Assembly (NCBI GenBank): GCA_964291295.2
Contig: OZ219754.1
Span: forward strand, 1,824,001 to 1,888,000
DNA from: an uncultured Candidatus Binatia bacterium
GTDB taxonomy: Bacteria; Desulfobacterota; Binatia; UBA9968; JAJDTQ01
Length of the DNA: 64,000 bases
Direction of reading: 5' to 3'
This document shows positions 1 to 8,951 of this stretch, piece by piece (the first letter of the stretch is position 1; every line of letters begins with the position of its first letter). The translations under genes were made by a program, and so were the position numbers. The notes under the pieces are model-generated. The model worked only from the letters and a program-made list of their open reading frames with translations, did not search any database and was not told the DNA's origin.

Positions 1-180
1 GACCCGTGGCTGGAGGGAGGGGATTTCGCCGCGGCCGCGGCCCCGTCCGATCAGAGTCAGCAGCCTGATCCTGGTGGTGGAATCCAGGTTCCGCCGGGCC
101 GGCGTCGGAATGCGAGCGCCGCCCCGATCCGGTTCAATGGAATTTCTTCCCCGGCACCGGAGAGGTTCCGCCGCGGCGGA

Positions 181-1030
181 TCAGAAGGGCAGGGTGTGGA
201 CCGCCAGGTCTCCGTGTCCGATGGTGACCCGGCTGCCAGGCTCGACGTAGTCCCGGTGGAGGTATCCCGGGGCGATGGGGCAACCGAGCCGTGGCGAGGC
301 TGACACGCTGGTGATGCGGCCCATGTCGCGGTCGGCGCCGCGCAGGGTGTCTCGGGGGTGGGGTACGATGTCGTGAGCCCCACCAGCCGGCGGTTCACGT
401 GGCCTCGAGAGTGAATGCGCTCCACCGTCTCCTGTCCCGGATCGCATCCTTTGGTGAAGCGGACGGCGTGCTGGAGAGCGGTTTCCAGCAGCAGCGTGTC
501 GGCGTCCATATCGACCCCGTACCGGGGGATCCCGGCCTCGATGCGCAGAGTCTCCCTTGGCGTTCAGGCCGATCCAGGGGATCGGCCTGAACGAGCGGCA
601 GGGCCATTCGGACCGGCGCTTCATGTAGAGACGCCACGCGGGTGGCCCGCGCGCGCGGCAGGGCCATCATGGCCGGCCGCCGATCCCGGGGTACCCGCAG
701 GTCGAAACCGGGCTCCCCCGTATGCGTCGCGCGCACCGCCCGGATCCGGCTTCCGGCACAGACCCTCTCCCGGTGGCCCCGTTCTTCCGCTGGCAACACA
801 GCGGCGTCCAGCAGCCCTGAGAGGCGAGTTTCCGAAGCCGGTCCCTGGATGGAGATCATGGCCAGCTCGCCCGAAAACTCGACAATCTCCACCTACAATC
901 TCCACTTGGTCCGCCATCCGGTGGCGGTGGAGGTGTTCCAGCACACCCGGTGCGAGGAGTTCGTCCACCTCCCGCAGAAAGCCGCCGGCGGTGCGCAACA
1001 CCCTCACGTCGGCCAGGATCTTTCCCTGGG
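181..1030 (-). pseudogene. YgfZ/GcvT-family folate-binding aminomethyltransferase-like protein, multiply frameshifted and 5'-truncated
   Basis: Successive frames give 'QGKILADVRVL', 'ISIQGPAS...HTGEPGFDL', 'IPRYGVDM...FTKGCDPGQETVERIHSRGHVNRRL' (YgfZ KGCYxGQE motif, degenerate) and 'GRITS...PIAPGYL...TLPF*'. A 13-bp tandem duplication at 882-907 causes one shift. Confidence 0.8.
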
Positions 1031-1215
1031 TCTTCGGCGAGGAGCCTGCCCGACCGGCATCGGACACGGCCCGGCCAACCGCGCCCGCCTCGCGCTCGCG
1101 GTGATCTTCACCAACCGGGGCGACATCGAGAGCTTCGCCGAAACCCGCCGGCGGCTGCAACTCGACCGCAGCCAGGCCTTCGTCGCCCTGACCCGGCGAC
1201 CGCCGTCCCGGGACT
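1027..1215 (+). mobile_element. Probable ISAs1-family transposase 3' remnant
   Basis: 'WVFGE(E)-ACPTGIGHGPANRARLALAVI...SFAETRRRL' resembles the ISAs1 C-terminus (F.ED.C..R.G.AP.N.A...LAL). Codon usage looks coding. It abuts the truncated ygfZ 5' end. Confidence 0.45.
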
Positions 1216-1913
1216 CCAGCCTCAACCACTCCCCAGGCCACCCGACCGCCCAGACCCGTCCTCCGCCACCCCGCCGGCCATCATCCCTCGATATCCTCCC
1301 TGCACCCACAACCGCCAGGATGGCGCCATGCACCTTTCCGCCCCGCCCTCATCCCAACACAACCCCGGGCATGGGAAAGTCCCGGGATGGCCGCTTGCAA
1401 TTGTTCCCACTCTCTGTATAACATGATAAACAGCACGTGCGGTTTCTACGTTGTTCTCTGCATTTTTCTTCTGACGAAACGCGGCCACATCAAGCAGGAC
1501 TGTCCTGAAGACCGGACTGTTCTTGAAACCGGAAAACGAGTCGCCGCAGCCGCCAGGTGCGCCAATGGCGGCGGGAGCCGTTCTGTTCCCGTTCGGATTC
1601 ACGCAGGAGGTGGTTCACGCATGAGGATGGGGTCATCCGTTTCATTGCCGGGCCAACCCTGTTCAAGGCCCGCGGGAGTCGACAGCTGCGTTGGCAGCGG
1701 CGTTCGCCCCGGGTCTGGCCTGAGGAGGTGCGAGAGAGGGCTTTTCGCGGGAAACTCCGGGTCGTGACGGACCCCGCCATCTTGAATCGGATCCATGCGT
1801 CGTCTCGGGACAGATACCGGACGGTCTGGTTGACATGCCGGGCCAGACCGCTGGCCGGATGATGGGTTCAGGCCCGCCGTCCGGGTGGTACCCGGCTTAT
1901 GGAGGGTCTCGGT

Positions 1914-4205
1914 ATGGCAGCGTCATGGCAGGAGAACCGGAACATCCGTCTACTCTGGGCGGTGCTCGCCGGAGTGGTCATCGTCTCGTTCGGCGCGCTG
2001 CTCTATTTCGGTCGCGACGTCTACCAGATGGCGCCGCCGACTCCGGAACGCATCGTGACTCCCGGGGGCGAGGTTGTCTTTACCGGAGACGACATCCGGG
2101 CAGGCCAGGATGTGTGGCGCTCGATTGGTGGACACGATCTCGGGTCCGTCTGGGGGCATGGCTCCTACACGGCGCCGGACTGGACCGCGGACTGGCTGCA
2201 CCGGGAGGCGGTCTGGCTGCTCGACCACTGGGCGCACGAAGCCAGCGGACGCGGCTATGAAGCGCTTGACGAAGAACAGCAGGCCGCGCTTCGAGTTCGG
2301 CTCCAGCGTGAACTGCGGACGAACACCCATGACCCGGCAGCAGGCACCATCACCCTGTCGGAGTTGAGGAAAAAGGCCGTTCAGCATGTGCAGGCGCACT
2401 ATCTCGGCCTGTTCGGCCAGGATCCCCGCCATGACGCCCTGCGCGAGAGTTACGCGATGCCGGCAGGGACGGTGGCCACACCCGAGCAGGCCCGCCAACT
2501 AACCGCCTTCTTCTTCTGGGCGACCTGGGCGTGTGTGACCGAACGTCCTGGCGAGGTCATCACGTATACGAACAACTGGCCGCCCGAGAAGCTGGTTGGC
2601 AATGAGCCAACCGGGGTGATGATCGTCGTTTCGGTGGCGAGCTTCGTCCTGCTGCTGGGCGGTATCGGCGGGCTCGCCTGGTTCTACGCGGCAACTCGGG
2701 AACTATGGCGGAACAGGCCGGATCGACCCGCCGGCGACCCCCTGGTGGGCCTGACACCGACCCCCTCGATGCAAGCGACCCGGAAGTACTTCTGGATCGT
2801 CGGGGCGCTGCTCGTCATCCAGATGCTGACGGGCATTGTGGCGGCCCACTACGGCGTCGAAGGAACCGGCTTCTACGGCATCCCCCTGGCCGACTGGCTG
2901 CCGTATTCGCTGGCACGGACCTGGCACGTGCAACTCGGCATCCTGTGGATTGCCACATCCTGGCTGGCCACCGGTCTGTGCCTTGCTCCGGCCATTGCCG
3001 GGCGGGACCCCGGCGGCCAACGGCTGGGTGTCAACTTTCTTTTTGTCGCCCTGGTTCTTGTTGTCGCCGGCTCGATGGCGGGTCAGGCCCTGGCAATCCA
3101 TCATCAGCTGGAGGGCGAAACCAACTTCTGGTTCGGACACCAGGGGTTCGAGTACGTGGAACTGGGGCGCTTCTGGCAGATACTGCTGCTTGTCGGGCTC
3201 TTTCTCTGGGTGGGGCTGATGCTCCGCGCGTTGTGGCCGGCGCTGCGGACCGCCCAGGGAGCAAACAAGCAGTTGCTCGGCATCTTTATCCTGTCCGTGA
3301 TCGCCATCGCGCTGTTTTACGCCACTGGGTTGATGTGGGAACAGCACACGAACCTGGCCATTGCGGAGTATTGGCGCTGGTGGGTCGTCCATCTGTGGGT
3401 GGAAGGATTCTTCGAGGTCTTTGCGGTGACGGTGATTGCCTTTGCGTTCACCCGACTGGGACTCGTTCGGGTGCGCTCCGCGACCATGGCCGTCCTGTTC
3501 ACCACGATCCTGTATCTGACCGGTGGCGTCCTCGGGTTGTTCCACCATCTCTATTTCACCGGAACAACGCCGATCATTCTGGTTCTTGGCGGGACATTCA
3601 GCGCTCTGGAACTCATGCCGCTGGTGCTCATCGGTTTTGAAGCCTATGAGAACTGGTCGATGGTCCACCGCACGTCCTGGGCCAGGTATTACAAATGGCC
3701 GATCTACTGGTTTGTCGCGGTGGCCTTCTGGAATCTGGTCGGGGCGGGCCTGTTCGGCTTCCTCATCAATCCCCCCATTGCGCTCTATTACATGCAGGGC
3801 CTCAACACGACCCCCGTGCATGCCCACACGGCCCTGTTCGGCGTCTACGGCATGCTCGGGATCGGACTGTCCCTTTTGAGTCTGCGGCTGCTGACCATGC
3901 AGCAGGAGTGGCACACCAGGGTCTTGGGATTCGCCTTCTGGGCGATGAACATCGGCATGGGGTTGCAGGTGCTTCTAAGCTTGCTGCCGGTGGGGCTGGC
4001 GCAGACCTGGGCAAGCGTGGAACACGGGATGTGGTATGCGCGCTCGGCCGAGTTCCTGCAGACGCCGGTGCTCGATACGTTTCGGTGGCTGCGGGTGGTC
4101 GGAGACACGCTCTTCGCAGTGGGGATACTGGCGTTCGGCTGGTTTCACCTTGGCCTCTCGACGGGTTGGTCCGTCAAGGGGAAACGGACCGATGTCGCCG
4201 GTTGA
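1914..4205 (+). CDS. norB: Quinol-dependent nitric oxide reductase (qNOR, single subunit)
   Basis: Motifs GSVWGHGSYTAPDWTADWLH, TYTNNWP, RTWH, HLWVEGFFE, HHLYF, SALE, H-A-H; many TM helices. GGAGG at 1901-1905 precedes ATG 1914. Confidence 0.95.
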   Translation: MAASWQENRNIRLLWAVLAGVVIVSFGALLYFGRDVYQMAPPTPERIVTPGGEVVFTGDDIRAGQDVWRSIGGHDLGSVWGHGSYTAPDWTADWLHREAVWLLDHWAHEASGRGYEALDEEQQAALRVRLQRELRTNTHDPAAGTITLSELRKKAVQHVQAHYLGLFGQDPRHDALRESYAMPAGTVATPEQARQLTAFFFWATWACVTERPGEVITYTNNWPPEKLVGNEPTGVMIVVSVASFVLLLGGIGGLAWFYAATRELWRNRPDRPAGDPLVGLTPTPSMQATRKYFWIVGALLVIQMLTGIVAAHYGVEGTGFYGIPLADWLPYSLARTWHVQLGILWIATSWLATGLCLAPAIAGRDPGGQRLGVNFLFVALVLVVAGSMAGQALAIHHQLEGETNFWFGHQGFEYVELGRFWQILLLVGLFLWVGLMLRALWPALRTAQGANKQLLGIFILSVIAIALFYATGLMWEQHTNLAIAEYWRWWVVHLWVEGFFEVFAVTVIAFAFTRLGLVRVRSATMAVLFTTILYLTGGVLGLFHHLYFTGTTPIILVLGGTFSALELMPLVLIGFEAYENWSMVHRTSWARYYKWPIYWFVAVAFWNLVGAGLFGFLINPPIALYYMQGLNTTPVHAHTALFGVYGMLGIGLSLLSLRLLTMQQEWHTRVLGFAFWAMNIGMGLQVLLSLLPVGLAQTWASVEHGMWYARSAEFLQTPVLDTFRWLRVVGDTLFAVGILAFGWFHLGLSTGWSVKGKRTDVAG

Positions 4206-4396
4206 GGCCCTGCGGTGACCGTGCGGCTCCGATGGAAGGTGCCGCGAACCCGGGGAGGCAAGGTTGGGTGACGAGAGGGTTTGCTGGTGCGTCACCGGAA
4301 TCGCTTGAGGAGAAGCTGGCAGATCCCGATTCGGAGCAAATGCATCACTTTATAAGAATAAACATTCTCAGGAGGTGAACATTTGTCGCGAATGTC

Positions 4397-4425
4397 TTGA
4401 CAGAGTGATACAAAGTCCATACATT
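4397..4425 (+). promoter_or_regulatory. sigma70-type promoter
   Basis: TTGACA (4397-4402), 17 bp, TACATT (4420-4425), in an AT-rich patch upstream of ORF 4478. Confidence 0.7.
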
Positions 4426-4477
4426 TTCCATTGGAAAACGGAAATGGAATGTAGGACAGGGAACCGGTCTCGGTCTA

Positions 4478-4939
4478 ATGGAACGGACGGTACCAGCGAT
4501 GAGGGAAGACACGCAAGTCAAGGAGTTTGCGGTCAAGGCTCCGGATGCCGGCGATGGCGCCCCGGTCCGGGAGCGCGGCATGGCCGATGCCTTCGATGCG
4601 GCGACGTTGCACGACACAGACGTGGTGGACGTCGATCAGTACATGGACACGGTCAAGCGCAAGACACCCCTGGAGCCCGAGAAGCACTTGCTGCTCGCCA
4701 TCCTTGAGGATGCGCTTGCCTGTTACCAGAAGAACCTCTTTGCCCGGACGGCGAAGAAGCAGGCAGCCTGCCGGGACGCGGAAGCATGGATCTTCGCCGC
4801 GGACGACGAACGCTTCATGAGCTTCGAGACCGTCTGCGGGGTGCTGGGCATAGAGCCCAGTTATCTGCGCCGAAGGCTTGCGGAGTGGCAACGCGGCAAG
4901 GTCAAGGCGCGCGTCCATGCCCCGGCCCAGGCCGCCTAG
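4478..4939 (+). CDS. Conserved hypothetical protein (LEPEK..LLAILEDA...AEAWIF...SFETVCGVLGIEPSYLRRRL type, possible HTH)
   Basis: Clean ORF with coding-like codon bias and its own promoter. The exact start is uncertain (4478, 4499 or 4580). Confidence 0.75.
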   Translation: MERTVPAMREDTQVKEFAVKAPDAGDGAPVRERGMADAFDAATLHDTDVVDVDQYMDTVKRKTPLEPEKHLLLAILEDALACYQKNLFARTAKKQAACRDAEAWIFAADDERFMSFETVCGVLGIEPSYLRRRLAEWQRGKVKARVHAPAQAA

Positions 4940-4981
4940 CGAAGTTCCAGACAAGGCGACGGCGCGCCATTGGGCTGCTTG

Positions 4982-5015
4982 CAACCCGCTGATTTCGTCA
5001 ACCCGCTGATTTCGT
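4982..5015. repeat. 17-bp perfect tandem duplication
   Basis: caacccgctgatttcgt x2. Confidence 0.9.
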
Positions 5016-5055
5016 CGATTCAGCCACGGCGAATTCGGGATTGTTCAGACCTTCC

Positions 5056-5209
5056 TTGGCGGTGTGTCTCATGAATGGCCTTGCAACCTGCGATTTTGCG
5101 CAGGATGGAGTTGACGGGGGTGTTCCAGACGAAAGGCTTGGGATTGGCATTGTGGCAAGCCAAGTAGTGCTTGATGGCGGCAATCCGTTCCGGGACGCTG
5201 CGAAAGACG
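5056..5209 (-). mobile_element. IS630-family right-end remnant
   Basis: Reverse complement of 6575-6726; 5061-5085 is a perfect 25-bp inverted match to 6697-6721. Confidence 0.85.
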
Positions 5210-5225
5210 CCGGGGAACCCGCCCG

Positions 5226-6263
5226 GTGAGCCTTCCGACGACGCCGCACGATGCGCTGTTCCGGGTACTGGTCTCCGAACCGGCCCGCGCTGCCGCGCTG
5301 CTGGCGCAATACCTGCCGCAAGAAGTCGCCGCTCTTCTCGACCCCGAGGCCCCGCCCGAGGCGGTGGAGGGCCACTTCGTGGACGAGGACGCCGCGCGGA
5401 CCCAGTGCGATGCGCTGTTCCGGGTGAGACTGAGGAGCGGCCACGATGCGCGGCTCTATGTACTGCTCGAACACAAGAGCCGCGTCGACGCGGACACGCC
5501 GCTCCAACTCCTGAAATACATGGTCAACATCTGGCGCCGCGAGGTCGAGAATGGCGCTGGCGGGGACCGGCTGCCGGCGATCATTCCGCTGGTTTTCTAC
5601 CACGGTCGGGGCCGCTGGACTGCGGCGCCCTCGGTGCCGGGGATGATCGACGCGCCCGGGGAGTTGGAGCCTTTCGTCAGGGAGTTCGCCTATGTGCTGC
5701 ATGACCTTGGCGAGATTGCGCCAGGGCGGTTGTCGGTCTCGCCCGAAGTGCGGGCCGGGCTTCTGGCGCTCAAGGTGGTATATGCCGAGGACATACCGAC
5801 GGATCTTCTGGACCAGATGACGGGCGGGCCGGTTGCGGGGAGCGCGTTCGAGCGTCATATTGTGCGTTACATGGCCGAGTGCATGAACCTGACGCCGCCA
5901 TTGCTGGAGGCGTCGCTGCGCCGGACGAAGCCGGACCGTTGGGAGGCGCTGATGGGCACAGTCGCGCAAGCCTGGATCGAACAGGGAATCGAAAAGGGAA
6001 TCGAAAAGGGAAGAGCTGAAGGAAGAGCCGAGGGAAGAGCTGAAGGAAGGGCCGAGGGAATGGAGAAGGGAATCGAACGAGGCCGGATACAGGCCTTGGC
6101 GGAACTTCTTCTTCGTCAACTGGCGTTGCGCTTCGGTGATGTGCCGGATGCGGTGGGCGAGCGGGTTCGCCGTGCGTCGGCCTCCGAACTGGAGGCTTGG
6201 GCGGAGGCCGTGCTGGTGGCAACGAGCCTCGACGAGGTGCTGGCCGCCACGCCCGGGCGCTGA
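5226..6263 (+). CDS. Rpn/YhgA-like PD-(D/E)XK nuclease (recombination-promoting nuclease family)
   Basis: HDALF start, 'CDALF...LYVLLEHKS', 'PAIIPLVFYHG', and a C-terminal EKG/EGRA repeat tail followed by a DUF4351-like end. Confidence 0.92.
   Translation: MSLPTTPHDALFRVLVSEPARAAALLAQYLPQEVAALLDPEAPPEAVEGHFVDEDAARTQCDALFRVRLRSGHDARLYVLLEHKSRVDADTPLQLLKYMVNIWRREVENGAGGDRLPAIIPLVFYHGRGRWTAAPSVPGMIDAPGELEPFVREFAYVLHDLGEIAPGRLSVSPEVRAGLLALKVVYAEDIPTDLLDQMTGGPVAGSAFERHIVRYMAECMNLTPPLLEASLRRTKPDRWEALMGTVAQAWIEQGIEKGIEKGRAEGRAEGRAEGRAEGMEKGIERGRIQALAELLLRQLALRFGDVPDAVGERVRRASASELEAWAEAVLVATSLDEVLAATPGR
5952..6263 (+). CDS. Putative internally initiated small Rpn product (RpnS-like antitoxin, 103 aa)
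   Basis: In-frame ATG at 5952 (MGTVAQAWIEQG...) preceded by GGAGG at 5942-5946. Confidence 0.6.
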   Translation: MGTVAQAWIEQGIEKGIEKGRAEGRAEGRAEGRAEGMEKGIERGRIQALAELLLRQLALRFGDVPDAVGERVRRASASELEAWAEAVLVATSLDEVLAATPGR

Positions 6264-6339
6264 GACCGTAGCCGCCAGCGGGCAGGCCCCGGCACGGTCG
6301 GGGTCGGTCGTACCTGGACGCAGCGCCTTCATCGGTCCG

Positions 6340-6726
6340 TATCGGCATCAGGAGTTCCTGAAGTTCCTGCGGCGTCTCGACTGTGCCTTCCCCCGCGACC
6401 GGACCTTGCACATCATCCTGGATAACTACGGAACCCATAAGCATGAAGCGGTGCGCCGGTGGCTGGCCGCTCACCCCCGCTTCCAACTCCATTTCACGCC
6501 TACCCGTACCTCTTGGCTCAATCTCGTCGAGAGTTGGTTTGCAAAACTGACTCACCAACGTCTGCGCCGCAGTGTCTTTCGCAGCGTCCCGGAACGGTTT
6601 GCCGCCATCAAGCACTCCTTGGCTTGCCACAATGCCAATCCCAAGCCTTTCGTCCGGACCACCTCCGTTAATGCCATCTTCCTCAAAATCTCGAAATGCA
6701 AGGCCATTCATGAGACACACCACTAG
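6340..6726 (+). mobile_element. IS630-family transposase C-terminal fragment with right end
   Basis: 'RHQEFLKFL...LHIILDNYGTHK...HFTPTRTSWLNLVESWF...PKPFV'; ends in CACTAG. Confidence 0.9.
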
Positions 6727-8369
6727 CGGCCTGATCTCTTGAACTCGGTGCGCAGTTCGGAAGCGAGCCGCCCCAGACGGTAGTCGTTCCAGTCGATGAA
6801 TCTGGCGTAGCTCGCCAGCCTCGGGTGCACTGCGCCGATCTGGCGCCAGATCTCCTGCGTGATGGTGCGGTAGTCGGGATGCCCCTGCGGCATGGTCCGC
6901 AGTTCGCCGATGTGCACCGCCTCCCGCAGGTTCATCTTCATGTACCAGCGTGTGCGATAGGCGAAGGGGACCACGTACTGCGCCTCCCGCGGGTGGTCGC
7001 CCCGGATTCGTTCGTGGACCTCGGCCGCCCGCTCCATGCAGCGCCGGTAGTCGTCGCCGAACCCTGCCTCGGTGATCTCGGGCGGCGTTTCGTAACCGTG
7101 GGCGGTGGTGAAATCCTGCCGTTCCTGGCTCAGCAGGCGGTGCCGCTGCAGGTCACGGTAGGCGCCGAGGTTGCCGATGATGTCGAAGGTGTAATAGACC
7201 TGCTCCAGCGCCCGGCCCGGCTTTTCCCGGCGGTGTCGCCGGCTCTTCATGTAGGTATCGAGAATCTCCCGCCTGCGTTCGTCCGGCAACCGCGCCGCCA
7301 GTGCCCTCAACTGTGACAGGGGGTGCGTCGTGTGGGGGTACAGGACGGCGGCGATGACCCGCTCTTCCGCCTGTTCGTCGTAGTCCACCATCGTCACCGG
7401 CGGCCCCTCCCGCACCGGTTCGGTCACCAGTTCCCGGGCCAAGGTGCGGGTCTGGCTGAAGGTCTCCGTGAGGTATGGGCTCGGCCGCGCGCGCTTGATG
7501 AACGAGGGGATCAGCATGTCGAGTTCCCGGTGGATGGCGTCTCCCAGGTCGCGGAGTTCCGTGAGGTCGCTTGAATGGCATTTCGACAGCAGGTACTCGA
7601 AGGCCTGCCCCACGCCGAACAGGCCGACATTGGTCCGGGTCGCCGCCGGCAGGTATCCGCGCATTATATCGCAGGCATGCGCGCGTGTGCTGGAACGATA
7701 GGCGCTTTCCGCCCACCGGGCGAGGGCCGGATCCTTCCGGGCCGCGGCATGGGTGAGGGTGCCGCCGGTGGCCGGGTGCCGCAACTCCGCGTCTTCCAGG
7801 GGAACGGCCCTGCGGACGTGTTCGATCATCGGCTTCATCTGGCGCGCGTAGGTTTCGAACAGCAGCTGCATGAGTTCCCGGTAGGCCCGGCCGTGGCGCG
7901 ACCGGGCCAGGAGAGGCTCCACGAAGAAGAGGTGGCGGCCGTCGTGATCCTTCCGGTCGAAGCGAACGTAGCGGGTGGATTTTTCCAGCGGAGCAATCCC
8001 TATGCGCGGCTCTTCGAGATATTTGGCCGCCACGTTGGAGATCCGCTCGCAGGCCAGATGGGCGCCGCCCAGCTGGCCCACCGAATCGTCTCCGTATCCC
8101 ACCAGAACGCGGTCGTAGAAGGCGCGCGCACGGCCCACCGCCGGGTCGTCGCCGCCGCCGGCTCCGGCGCTGTCCAGGACCACGGCAAGGTCGGCGTCGC
8201 CGAGGAATTCGTCCAGAAACATGCGCCGGAGATCCTTGGCCGAGCGGCTGTAGCGGGAGAAGAGCGCCCCGGCGACCTCCTGGGGCAGCCTCAGGCCGAA
8301 GACCGGCCGGTCCACGTTGGTAAAGAAGGGCGCGAGTCGCTTGCGCTCCGCCGGAGTGAAGTGTTCCAT
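6723..8369 (-). CDS. thyX: FAD-dependent thymidylate synthase, tandem-domain type (548 aa)
   Basis: 'FFTNVDRPVFGL...ALFSRYSRS', 'GYGDDSVGQL', 'EKSTRY', 'RDLQRHR', 'ELRT.PQGHPDYR'. ATG at 8369. Confidence 0.88.
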   Translation of the reverse strand: MEHFTPAERKRLAPFFTNVDRPVFGLRLPQEVAGALFSRYSRSAKDLRRMFLDEFLGDADLAVVLDSAGAGGGDDPAVGRARAFYDRVLVGYGDDSVGQLGGAHLACERISNVAAKYLEEPRIGIAPLEKSTRYVRFDRKDHDGRHLFFVEPLLARSRHGRAYRELMQLLFETYARQMKPMIEHVRRAVPLEDAELRHPATGGTLTHAAARKDPALARWAESAYRSSTRAHACDIMRGYLPAATRTNVGLFGVGQAFEYLLSKCHSSDLTELRDLGDAIHRELDMLIPSFIKRARPSPYLTETFSQTRTLARELVTEPVREGPPVTMVDYDEQAEERVIAAVLYPHTTHPLSQLRALAARLPDERRREILDTYMKSRRHRREKPGRALEQVYYTFDIIGNLGAYRDLQRHRLLSQERQDFTTAHGYETPPEITEAGFGDDYRRCMERAAEVHERIRGDHPREAQYVVPFAYRTRWYMKMNLREAVHIGELRTMPQGHPDYRTITQEIWRQIGAVHPRLASYARFIDWNDYRLGRLASELRTEFKRSGR

Positions 8370-8556
8370 CGAAATTCCGGCACAGCAGCTTAGCCGTTCG
8401 ACAGGCTGAAATCCACTTGCCCGGAATAGCCCTGGAGTGGGCCTGTATCGGGCGTGCGCGAATTCGGCGGCGCGCGCGTTGTATCGCGCGTTGTATCCAG
8501 CCTCAAGACCGCTTTTTGGTCGGCTGGTGGACGGGGTTGTGTGTGGTGGTGCAGCT

Positions 8557-8863
8557 TGTCCCGATAGGGAGATGAGCCTGTGAAGGGGGGTGAGGAAGCC
8601 CTCGGAGATGGCGGCCACAGCGCCGGCGAACGATAGCCGGGGCGCACCAGTGTCCGCGTCACGAACTGGCAGGTATCGGCCCGCTCGGTCGGGTGAAAGT
8701 CTACAGGCTCCCGCGCCTCGGGGATGGCCGCGACCGGCTCGATGGTTCCAAGGCGTTCCGTTCGATGTGCCGCGATCATCTTCTGATGGCCCCCGACACC
8801 CCTGCTTCAGGCTCACTTCGCGTTGGATTCGCTTCACGCTTTCAGGCTCACTTTCCTTGGACA
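8557..8863 (-). mobile_element. Internally deleted (~310 bp) IS481/ISNCY-like element
   Basis: The end TGTCCAA..GTGAGCCTGAA with a doubled ttcaggctcactt repeat is shared with the element ending at 27634. There is a remnant of the 'LGTIE.V...EPVDFHPTER' N-terminus and a degenerate opposite end at 8557. Confidence 0.7.
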
Positions 8864-8951
8864 AGGCCTTGACTTGATGGGGGGAGGGGGGGAGTACGGA
8901 TTCATGACAGGATGGAGCAAATAGATTGGCATACGGAGAGGAGGAGTAACC

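Noticed and set aside
1782-1795. FNR/DNR-like box TTGAA-N4-ATCCA upstream of qNOR
   Set aside because: Two mismatches in ten positions; not distinguishable from chance.
1914-4205. Possible NO dismutase (Nod)
   Set aside because: The catalytic-site motifs (HLWVEGFFE, HH, SALE) are canonical qNOR.
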